From a virus (taxonomy: Duplodnaviria; Caudoviricetes): 47,589 bases of DNA. The stretch covers positions 1-47,589 of the IMG/VR virus record IMGVR_UViG_3300022670_000197; one strand, written 5' to 3'. A program made the position numbers and the translations under genes. The notes under the pieces were generated by a model. That model was given only the letters and a program-made list of their open reading frames with translations, made no database searches and was not told the origin of the DNA. Shown piece by piece: positions 37,840 to 44,546 of the stretch. Every line of letters begins with the position of its first letter. Within the stretch, counting starts at the first letter, position 1.

Positions 37840-37927
37840 ATTATCTCAATTAAATTAAAATATGTCAACAGCTATTTTAAATTAAATTGAAATAAATGCT
37901 TGAGTTAAGTTAACGCTAATGTATAAT
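37840..37927. promoter_or_regulatory. Divergent promoters with AT-rich operator-like inverted repeat
   Basis: Minus: TTGACA-17nt-GATAAT (37868-37840); plus: TTGAGT-16nt-TATAAT (37900-37927); near-inverted TCAATTAAATTAAAATA / TATTTTAAATTAAATTGA. Confidence 0.7.
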
Positions 37928-37949
37928 TAAATAATTATTAATTAACTGT

Positions 37950-38435
37950 GTGGAATTTATTATGATAAAAGGGAAATCCGGGGTTAAGTCAACTCTCGAT
38001 CTGGAAATGGGCCAGAGAATTAAAGCTATTAGAGAGCGAAAGGGTATTAGTATTAAAGACCTTGCAAAGGCCGTGGGCCTCAATCCTAACATGATATACT
38101 ACTATGAAGGAGGAAAGTCCCAAGCCACCGTATTTATGATAGATAAGATATGTAAATATCTGGGAGTGCCTTTTAGTGAGGTCTTTGAGGGGCGTTTTCT
38201 ATCTGACTTTTCGGATGATTCGCTGGAGTTACTAGCTTTGGTAAAAGACTTCCCGGAGTCTAAACGAGAAAAGCTAATCAATATAATTAGATCCGATTCT
38301 GTATTGAATTTTTCGGATGACTTGTTAGGATTGGTGGCTTTGATAAAAGATTTCCCGCCAAAGCAACGGCGCAGGGTAATAAGTGGGATTAAATTTATAT
38401 TACAGGAGATACAGACATGTCAGAACCAGCTATAA
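37950..38435 (+). CDS. XRE/Cro-C1 HTH repressor with duplicated C-terminal domain
   Basis: MGQRIKAIRERKGISIKDLAKAVGLNPNMIYYYEGGKS; FSDD.L.L.AL.KDFP unit twice. Confidence 0.85.
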   Translation: MEFIMIKGKSGVKSTLDLEMGQRIKAIRERKGISIKDLAKAVGLNPNMIYYYEGGKSQATVFMIDKICKYLGVPFSEVFEGRFLSDFSDDSLELLALVKDFPESKREKLINIIRSDSVLNFSDDLLGLVALIKDFPPKQRRRVISGIKFILQEIQTCQNQL

Positions 38436-38611
38436 ATAACAGGAACAAAGAACGAGAAACTATAACTGTCGATAAAGATGACCTTCTCGAGTTGCTAATA
38501 GCGGCGCATGTAGTAAGTTGTGTTGAAAATGCAGATTATTCCAGGCGTTTGCGGACAGTTTTAAACACGCGAGTTGAGAAGTTTGACTATTTACTGGATG
38601 TCGAGGGATAA
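38417..38611 (+). CDS. Hypothetical protein
   Basis: AGGAG RBS. Confidence 0.6.
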   Translation: MSEPAINNRNKERETITVDKDDLLELLIAAHVVSCVENADYSRRLRTVLNTRVEKFDYLLDVEG

Positions 38612-38623
38612 CTGGGGGTAATC

Positions 38624-38785
38624 ATGATATATTATTTAATAGCAGCTTTAAGTATCGTCGTCGGTGTGCTATTGACGCTGTCATGGCAGAGGTTATTCAG
38701 TTATTATGATGATAAGTGGACGCAAATAAACATGACGCATGAAGCCTTGAGTAAAACGATGAGGCGGAAATGCGCAAAAGATTAA
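38624..38785 (+). CDS. 53-aa single-TM protein (not in ORF track)
   Basis: MIYYLIAALSIVVGVLLTLSWQRL.. Confidence 0.55.
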   Translation: MIYYLIAALSIVVGVLLTLSWQRLFSYYDDKWTQINMTHEALSKTMRRKCAKD

Positions 38786-38795
38786 ATTATGAAAG

Positions 38796-38951
38796 ATGAA
38801 TAAGACCCACATTTACCCAAAAAACGATTTACGAGAGCATGAGACCGGCGGTAATGAATGCTGGTGCGATCCGATTGTTGATGGTGAGTTAATAATACAT
38901 AACAGCATGGACGAGCGAGAATCTTATGAGGAAGGCAGGAAGTTTCATTGA
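38796..38951 (+). CDS. 51-aa conserved His/Cys phage protein (not in ORF track)
   Basis: HIYPKNDLREH..CWCDP..IIHNSMDERE. Confidence 0.7.
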   Translation: MNKTHIYPKNDLREHETGGNECWCDPIVDGELIIHNSMDERESYEEGRKFH

Positions 38952-39062
38952 GAAAAGGATTAAAATTAATTAACATTCATTCCTTCCATTTAACAGCAAT
39001 AGGGGGTATAATTACAGTATAGATTGCCATTTGGCACATTCCTCCCTTTCGGGGGAGGAGAA

Positions 39063-39087
39063 AAAAAGCCTCCTCGTGGGGCTTTTT
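39063..39087 (+). terminator. Terminator, possibly bidirectional
   Basis: AAAAAGCCTC-CTCGT-GGGGCTTTTT. Confidence 0.75.
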
Positions 39088-39139
39088 ATTTGAGTAAAGC
39101 GATGAGGCGAAAATGCGCAAAGGATTAAAAAGGTGGCTA

Positions 39140-39541
39140 ATGAAAGTGAAAAAGATCTATCCTACTGAAAGCAAACTCCATGAGTCAGTGGCCCAGTTGC
39201 TACATTTAAGACTGCATGAGAGTGTTATCTGGACTACCGTTGAAAATAGCAATCAACAAGGCGGGGTAGCTGGGGTTATCAAGCAGGCTAAATTAAAAAA
39301 GAAGGGGGTTAAAGCTGGTTGGCCTGATATTCAGATATTTTGGCACTCCGATTATTACGCTAACTTTAGCTGTATCATGATAGAGTTAAAGTCTCAGACT
39401 GGACCGGTGCAGAAGCACCAGACAGCCCTACATAAGGAGCTTAAGGCGAAGCTTGGTGTGCCTACCTTCATCTGCCGGTCAATTGATGACGTGGAGAAGG
39501 TTTTGATTGATGAAAGCGTGCCTTTGAAGAATGTTGGGTAG
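39140..39541 (+). CDS. VRR-NUC family nuclease (putative Holliday junction resolvase)
   Basis: TESKLH..KKGVKAGWPDIQI..IELKSQTG..Q..ICRSIDDV. Confidence 0.85.
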   Translation: MKVKKIYPTESKLHESVAQLLHLRLHESVIWTTVENSNQQGGVAGVIKQAKLKKKGVKAGWPDIQIFWHSDYYANFSCIMIELKSQTGPVQKHQTALHKELKAKLGVPTFICRSIDDVEKVLIDESVPLKNVG

Positions 39542-39747
39542 TGATTATGGAGTTAAGAGAATCGGATTTAAGAATTGACAGCATCGATGTAAACCCTGAT
39601 GAGTTTATAGTAATACTTAGGGTGTATGGAGTACGCATAGTGCATTTACCAACAGGTATAGAGGCTATGTGCTCGCATTTTAAATCACAACATAAGAACC
39701 GAAAGATTTGCACGGAAATGATAGAGTACGCGCTGGTTAATTTGTAA
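39541..39747 (+). CDS. Stand-alone class I release factor domain 3 (RF-1 domain) lacking GGQ
   Basis: DLRID..VRIVHLPTGIEAMC..KSQHKNR aligns with RF1 DLRID..IRITHLPTGIVVEC..RSQHKNK. Confidence 0.85.
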   Translation: MIMELRESDLRIDSIDVNPDEFIVILRVYGVRIVHLPTGIEAMCSHFKSQHKNRKICTEMIEYALVNL

Positions 39748-39775
39748 GTGCCAGTGAAATTTATCATTTGAGGAG

Positions 39776-39918
39776 TGGTGGGTAGTGACAGGGCGTTAAT
39801 CCTGCAATTGATGTTATCCTCAGAATCACGTCTGCGCAGACAATCGCATTCATTACGTTCACATCCCTCGTCTTTCGACTCCGTGTCGGTGTGCTTCAAC
39901 TTCAGCACCGCACCACCC
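39776..39918 (-). ncRNA. 143-nt tRNA-like RNA (RNA-B)
   Basis: GGGTGGTG/CACTACCC closing stem plus ACCA; D-like GTGC/GCAC arm; T-like GCAGG/CCTGT arm; GAAA tetraloop hairpin. Confidence 0.6.
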
Positions 39919-39964
39919 ATCTACTTGTAAACTTACAAGTACTCAGGCTAACTTACAAGTAAAA

Positions 39965-40052
39965 TGGTGGAAGGCCCGGGAATCGAACCCAGTGAGACGA
40001 TACCGCCAGCAGATTTACAGTCTGCCTCCGCTCCATACGGGGTTATCCTACC
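39965..40052 (-). tRNA. tRNA-Tyr(GTA), degenerate acceptor stem
   Basis: GCAGA-CTGTAAA-TCTGC anticodon arm, long variable arm, CTGGG-TTCGATT-CCCGG T arm, encoded ACCA. Confidence 0.8.
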
Positions 40053-40053
40053 A

Positions 40054-40222
40054 TGGTGGGTGGTGGCAGCGGTGTGATCCGCAGCATCGCAAAGAAGAGA
40101 GCGCAGGGTTTCACTGCGTGTACATTCTCTGCGTTGATAAGCTAAACCCTCTCGCTGACTTTTGTTCATTACCAGGTTATCAGCCCAATAACTCCTACTC
40201 GCCTTGATTGGTTTCGCCACCC
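40054..40222 (-). ncRNA. 169-nt tRNA-like RNA (RNA-A)
   Basis: GGGTGG/CCACCC closing stem plus ACCA ending 1 nt before tRNA-Tyr; GCGG/CCGC hairpin at T-arm position; nested CGCAGAGA/TCTTTGCG and CGCAG/CTGCG helices. Confidence 0.5.
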
Positions 40223-40258
40223 ATAAAACATAGTAGTCTATTACAACATACCATAAAT

Positions 40259-40495
40259 TCACTCCGTAGACTCTTTCAGCAAAAACCTTTTAGCCAGATC
40301 AAGCAACCAGCCATTATGTCTAAGGTCTGAATCACTGGAGGCTATGTAAAGCTTGCCGTCTTTCTCCTGACCAACTACTACAACACTTTGCAGGTCTGAT
40401 TCAATAGCCCCCTTAAGCACCCTCTCAGGCGGGATGTCCAGGTCTGTCATCTTATGTAGGTAGGTTACGTTATCCGTCAATCTACTATCTGCCAA
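40259..40495 (-). CDS. Conserved phage hypothetical protein
   Basis: TDLDIPPERVL..VVVVG..GKLYIASS; probable TTG start at 40480 overlapping the upstream stop. Confidence 0.7.
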   Translation of the reverse strand: MADSRLTDNVTYLHKMTDLDIPPERVLKGAIESDLQSVVVVGQEKDGKLYIASSDSDLRHNGWLLDLAKRFLLKESTE

Positions 40496-40776
40496 TCTTC
40501 ACCAAGCATATCCGTCTGAGATGCTTGCCAGCCTGGTTCAAATTTATTAGTTAAGGTGCACGCATCGAAGGTATACATATCGATATGGGCGCTTATAGCA
40601 CCTGATGGTAGTGGTTCAGTTCCATTATCAAGTGCTTTGTAGTATGGCGTGCCGTCTGGATACTCAACATGAGGCGAACCGGGTACATAAATAAGAAACC
40701 TAACCTTCCCATTCCAGTCCTTACGAGCTACTTTCTTACCAGCCTTTAAGGCCTCAATTGCTTCACCGAAATTCAT
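40477..40776 (-). CDS. tad2: Tad2-like / DUF2829 anti-defence nucleotide-sponge protein
   Basis: MNFGEAIEALKAGKKVARKDWNGK..GWQASQTDMLGEDW, the family signature shared with SPO1 Tad2. Confidence 0.8.
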   Translation of the reverse strand: MNFGEAIEALKAGKKVARKDWNGKVRFLIYVPGSPHVEYPDGTPYYKALDNGTEPLPSGAISAHIDMYTFDACTLTNKFEPGWQASQTDMLGEDWQIVD

Positions 40777-40792
40777 TATATTTCCTTTCAAG

Positions 40793-40826
40793 AAAAAACC
40801 ACCTGAGAAAGGGTTTTTCAGGTGGC
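40793..40826 (-). terminator. Terminator hairpin in the tad2 leader
   Basis: CCACCTGA../TCAGGTGG stem followed by T6 on minus strand. Confidence 0.7.
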
Positions 40827-40857
40827 TTGGTAGCGTAAGCTATACGAAGAGGATTGT

Positions 40858-40886
40858 ATTGTAGCAGGGTGGTGTTGCTGTGTCAA
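40858..40886 (-). promoter_or_regulatory. Near-consensus sigma70 promoter
   Basis: TTGACA-17nt-TACAAT on minus strand. Confidence 0.75.
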
Positions 40887-40957
40887 GGAGGGAGGTAGCC
40901 AGGTTAAACTGTCTCAACCTGACTATGCGTAATACTCCCGTCAACTAAGCGCCCATA

Positions 40958-41012
40958 TTCTGACATAAGGTTATCACTATGTCAGATGGTCACAATCTGT
41001 GACCATCTGACA
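40958..41012. repeat. Overlapping inverted repeats
   Basis: TCTGACATA/TATGTCAGA pair, and perfect 15-bp TGTCAGATGGTCACA-ATC-TGTGACCATCTGACA. Confidence 0.85.
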
Positions 41013-41126
41013 GCAGCTAAACCACCCCCCCCATTTCTAAAGAAAATCTTTATACTTGTTAGTATGATATAATAGAATATTCCCTTGATTTATGCAACCC
41101 ACAGGTTAAACTCATTTCAAATTATA

Positions 41127-41185
41127 GGCTAGACTGGATTAATTACCCAGTTGAAAAGGGTGGTTCCCATGCAGTACCACCCGCC
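41127..41185 (+). ncRNA. Putative three-way-junction leader RNA upstream of the initiator
   Basis: GGC/GCC closing, ACTGG/CCAGT and GGGTGGT/ACCACCC hairpins linked by TGAAAA. Confidence 0.45.
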
Positions 41186-41224
41186 GGGCTTTAAAAACTG
41201 TGACCATGTATGGGGGTGCGAGTT

Positions 41225-41986
41225 ATGAAGCATAAAATAGTAAACAAAAATTCTAACTTCACCATAGTTCCAAACGACTTAATACGTAACCCAAATATCA
41301 CAGCCATTGCCAAAGCTGTCTTTTGTTACCTGTCCTCAAGGCCGGATAACTGGGAGTTTTACGCTGTGGAGATAACAAAAAACTTCAAAGAGGGTCGTGA
41401 CGCAGTCAAAAATGCGATTGATTGCTTAGTTGCGCATGCGTATTTAAGCAGAACGCAAGTGCGCAAAAGTGGGAAATTCTCCCATAATGTATACGAAATC
41501 CACTATTCACCGTTTACTGAAATACCGTTAACGGCTAAACCGTCGACGGCTAAACCGTTAACGGCAAATCCGTTGCTTACTAATACTGACTTAAAAAAGA
41601 CAGAATTAACTAAAACTAAAAAGACTATAAAAACTAACAAAAAAGAATTGATGCTAAATAGTTTTCAAGAGTTCTGGGAATTTTACGGAATCAAAAAGGA
41701 TAGAGTCAACGCTGAGAAAGCTTATGCAGCGGCTCTCAAATCTGGAGTAACCCACGAAACAATCATGGGAGGCGTACAGCGTTACCAAGCTGAATGTATT
41801 GAACGCGAAACCGAACGGAAATTTATCAAACGCCCCGCAAGTTTCCTCAATGGGAAAAACTGGAATGACGAACATGAGAAAGTTTTAACCCGTGAAGAGC
41901 GGGAAGCTGACATACAGAGAATTATTAACCAACCAAAAGGAGATAGATTATGCCTAGAACAATTGACTTTGAAGAGAGCCGATTAA
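41225..41986 (+). CDS. Replication initiator (lambda O-like, N-terminal wHTH)
   Basis: NFTIVPNDLIRNPNITAIAKAVFCYLSSRPDNW; C-terminal FQEFWEFY..FIKRPASFLNGKNWND; internal iterons. Confidence 0.85.
   Translation: MKHKIVNKNSNFTIVPNDLIRNPNITAIAKAVFCYLSSRPDNWEFYAVEITKNFKEGRDAVKNAIDCLVAHAYLSRTQVRKSGKFSHNVYEIHYSPFTEIPLTAKPSTAKPLTANPLLTNTDLKKTELTKTKKTIKTNKKELMLNSFQEFWEFYGIKKDRVNAEKAYAAALKSGVTHETIMGGVQRYQAECIERETERKFIKRPASFLNGKNWNDEHEKVLTREEREADIQRIINQPKGDRLCLEQLTLKRAD
41510..41650 (+). promoter_or_regulatory. Replication origin: 15-bp iterons plus A-rich tract
   Basis: Palindromic CCGT(TA/CG)ACGG units at 41525, 41540, 41555 (partial 41510, 41570) followed by an A-rich stretch. Confidence 0.75.
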
Positions 41987-42171
41987 AATGTCGTTATGAT
42001 ACCTGTAAGACTATAACTGGAATGCACGACAGCCGTATAGATATTCCGTTTACTGCAAGTGAGCTTAGGTCTGGTATGTCGCAAAGAGTAGATATGGCTC
42101 GGGACTATAAAATTCTATACGAAAAATACAGAGAATTATTAACCAACCAAAAGGAGATAGATTATGCCTAG
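41950..42171 (+). CDS. Cassette gene 1, hypothetical
   Basis: Starts MPRTI within junction repeat. Confidence 0.7.
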   Translation: MPRTIDFEESRLKCRYDTCKTITGMHDSRIDIPFTASELRSGMSQRVDMARDYKILYEKYRELLTNQKEIDYA

Positions 42172-42418
42172 AACAATAACCAAAAGGAGATGGATTAAGC
42201 CTAGAATAACAGAACTACTGCCATGCCCGTTTTGTGGGCTTGATGATGAATTAGAGCAGCGCATGATTTGTTGCACCAAAACGCCCCATGCAATAAATTG
42301 TGTTTCTTGTGGAGTTATGACTTGGGGACATAAAACAAAAGAAGAAGCAATAAAAGCATGGAACACCAGAGCCACCCCAACCAACCCAAAAGGAGATAGA
42401 TTATGCCTAGAACAATAG
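42164..42418 (+). CDS. Cassette gene 2, Lar-like zinc finger
   Basis: LLPCPFCG..INCVSCG..TKEEAIKAWNTR. Confidence 0.8.
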   Translation: MPRTITKRRWIKPRITELLPCPFCGLDDELEQRMICCTKTPHAINCVSCGVMTWGHKTKEEAIKAWNTRATPTNPKGDRLCLEQ

Positions 42419-42879
42419 CCGAACTACTAAAGGTTGCTGATGCAGTGCCACAGGATTTTAGTGATTGCCTTGGTGAGAATTCAGTGTTTGATGAATTTGC
42501 AGCTCTAATAGCAGCGCTATCCGCCAAGCTGAGAGAGTCACACATTCTCATTGCTGAGTATGAGGAAAGAGAAGAAGCGCTGATGAATAAGTTAGGTGAT
42601 AATTGTTGCGCCTGTTCTGTAGATAAAAAAACAGACGTATGCAGTGTTCACGCTCCGTTAGTAACAGAGCTATCCGCCAAGCTGAGAGAGAGTGAGTGGC
42701 AACCGATTGAGACGGCTCTGAAGGGCGTAAAAGAGATACTTGTGTATGATGAGGATAGTGGGCGTTATGCATTATCGCAAGAGGAATGCATGGACGACAG
42801 AAGGAGTTTTAACTACAGGAACGGGGCTAAAGCTACCCACTGGATGCCACTACCCACCCCACCCAAGAAGGAGCAGTAA
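42403..42879 (+). CDS. Cassette gene 3, mosaic with C-terminal DUF551-like domain
   Basis: WQPIETA..ATHWMPLPTPP. Confidence 0.75.
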   Translation: MPRTIAELLKVADAVPQDFSDCLGENSVFDEFAALIAALSAKLRESHILIAEYEEREEALMNKLGDNCCACSVDKKTDVCSVHAPLVTELSAKLRESEWQPIETALKGVKEILVYDEDSGRYALSQEECMDDRRSFNYRNGAKATHWMPLPTPPKKEQ

Positions 42880-42881
42880 TT

Positions 42882-43175
42882 ATGAATATAGATAAAAGAC
42901 TGATAATGTTAGTAGGGGATAGATTAAAGGCGGAGGGTCGAGAAAAAAATATAACTGTGGAGGCGTTGTCAGAATTAGTCGTAATTGCATTGCCTATTTG
43001 CGATTGTACGGATAACGCTAGCAACTTAGAGAAGATGACTAAGGCTATATTAGCTGTACTTGATTACAGAGAAGGATGGCCACCCGCAGGCACGAAAACA
43101 CCGCCCCCAAGATACATATCTTTTTCGGCAGGCAATTTACCCACCCCACCCAATAAGGAGACGAACGATGACTAG
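42882..43175 (+). CDS. Cassette gene 4, hypothetical
   Basis: AAGGAG RBS; ends LPTPPNKE. Confidence 0.7.
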   Translation: MNIDKRLIMLVGDRLKAEGREKNITVEALSELVVIALPICDCTDNASNLEKMTKAILAVLDYREGWPPAGTKTPPPRYISFSAGNLPTPPNKETNDD

Positions 43176-43554
43176 AGCAATAGACGAACTACTAAAGGAT
43201 GCTGATGAGTATCTACAAAAAGAAGCCACGCAAGCACTTAAACCATTTGCAGAATGGCAACCCCACAACCAGCTAATAGCAGAGCTAACCGCCAAGCTGA
43301 GAGAGGGGGGGGAGGCACTTGAAAATATTATGGTTAGTGGTAATGATTTATCTACAGGATTGGGATTATCCCTCTTGCCGTATGATTTAGCTACAAAATA
43401 CCCATACTCAACTGATAACGAGGTTGTTATGGAGGAGCTCGGTTACGGTGTGTATTACTGTATGTGGATATGTTGGGCAACAATAATGCGAGAAAGAGAC
43501 AAACTTGAAGGCCGTAAACCCACCCAACCCAATAAGGAGACAGACGATGACTAG
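43168..43554 (+). CDS. Cassette gene 5, mosaic hypothetical
   Basis: MTRAIDELLKDADE..LIAELTAKLRE..PTQPNKE. Confidence 0.7.
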   Translation: MTRAIDELLKDADEYLQKEATQALKPFAEWQPHNQLIAELTAKLREGGEALENIMVSGNDLSTGLGLSLLPYDLATKYPYSTDNEVVMEELGYGVYYCMWICWATIMRERDKLEGRKPTQPNKETDDD

Positions 43555-44002
43555 AACAACAGACGAACTACTAAAGGATGCTGATGAGTTCAAAGAAAGA
43601 GCGAGGGAAGTTGCGGGGTGCAATGGGCGTAGAGTCTTAGGTAAGTGGGAACGTGTAGAAGAGCGTTTTGGGACAAGGTGTTACATTAAACATTCGGATG
43701 AGACTTGTGATTCGGACAGGGTTGGCGATTCGGACAGGGTTTGCGAAATACGAATATCAAAAGTACCCCGCTGGATGGAAAATGCGAACTTCATAGCCCA
43801 AGCTCCAGAAATGGCAGACCTTGTAAAAGACCAATCCGCACTAATAGCAGAATTATCCGCCAAGCTGAGAGAGAGGGGTGGATTCTTGGTTGCTGCTGGT
43901 GCTTTTCGTGCTGCTAAGGCCGCTCAGGTTGTTGCTGATGATGCTCTCTTTGAGGCGAATCACCCCACCCCACCCAAGAAGGAAGCGAACGATGCAACTT
44001 AA
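43547..44002 (+). CDS. Cassette gene 6, Ead/Ea22-like mosaic protein
   Basis: MTRTTDELLKDADE..GKW..NANFIAQAPEM..LIAELSAKLRE..PTPPKKE. Confidence 0.65.
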   Translation: MTRTTDELLKDADEFKERAREVAGCNGRRVLGKWERVEERFGTRCYIKHSDETCDSDRVGDSDRVCEIRISKVPRWMENANFIAQAPEMADLVKDQSALIAELSAKLRERGGFLVAAGAFRAAKAAQVVADDALFEANHPTPPKKEANDAT

Positions 44003-44531
44003 TCAATTTTTAGCCAACATGACCGAATTATACAAACCAGCATTGAACGCAGCGCAGATAAACTTCTATGCAGGCTTCTTGCATAAGTTCACCGATAACC
44101 AGCTTGATGAGCTTTGGAGTATCACCATGGAAACCCATTTGCGCACCTCACCTCCAACTATCGGGGAGCTGAAGAAATACGCAGCCGGGGTAACGCCTGT
44201 CAAGGTTGTTAATCCTAAGCTGCTTGAGCAATCTGCATGGAAGAATCTAACTGATGAAGAAATATTTGGGACGGAGTTAGGGGGCTTGGCATTAAAGCAG
44301 GGCTGGGCTTGTAGTTACCGTGAAGAATGTTACCGAGGAGGCATACCGTCGCAAGGTGATGACGTTTTGCTGGAGTTCCAAAAAGCCCAGCAGCGTATGA
44401 GGACTGAGCTAAGTGATATTGCTCAATTTCCTACTGCAATGACCAAGAGCTTGATTAACGCGCACCAGTCAAGACTTGATAAAAACGCAGGATTGAAGCA
44501 GCGGTATTCGCATTTAGTGGCAGTAATTTAA
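43992..44531 (+). CDS. Putative helicase loader/inhibitor (lambda P / G39P-like)
   Basis: Helical N-terminus ending SPPTIGELK, typical of initiator partners; ATG 43992 in junction repeat. Confidence 0.5.
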   Translation: MQLNQFLANMTELYKPALNAAQINFYAGFLHKFTDNQLDELWSITMETHLRTSPPTIGELKKYAAGVTPVKVVNPKLLEQSAWKNLTDEEIFGTELGGLALKQGWACSYREECYRGGIPSQGDDVLLEFQKAQQRMRTELSDIAQFPTAMTKSLINAHQSRLDKNAGLKQRYSHLVAVI

Positions 44532-44546
44532 CCAAGGAGAAAGACG

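Larger units (their letters stand above)
38747..39129 (+). repeat. 40-bp direct repeat pair (38747-38786, 39090-39129)
   Basis: TTGAGTAAA(A/G)CGATGAGGCG(G/A)AAATGCGCAAA(A/G)GATTAAA, 37/40 identical. Confidence 0.9.
41912..43994 (+). repeat. Junction-repeat array (RBS/start linkers and LIAELSAKLRE linkers)
   Basis: 52-bp identical copies 41912-41963 and 42126-42177; related copies at 42178, 42379, 42851, 43138, 43518, 43961; internal repeat at 42505, 42663, 43273, 43841. Confidence 0.9.

Noticed and set aside
39068-39115. HDV-like (theta) ribozyme suggested by GCCTCCTCGTGG and downstream GGCGAA
   Set aside because: P1 and P2 pairings cannot be formed; a simple terminator hairpin explains the sequence
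40054-40222. tmRNA, 6S or Y RNA identity for RNA-A
   Set aside because: No tag reading frame with stop, no alanyl G3-U70 pair or canonical T loop, no long 6S rod; left unassigned
39468-40262. Minus-strand ORFs 39468-39920 and 39948-40262
   Set aside because: They overlap the tRNA and structured RNAs and have no protein motif; RNA genes explain the region better
41912-44002. CRISPR array, integron attC array or dif sites
   Set aside because: Spacers are whole genes of 200-480 bp, repeats are non-palindromic, no cas or intI gene; the GATAGATTATG dif-like look lacks a XerC arm
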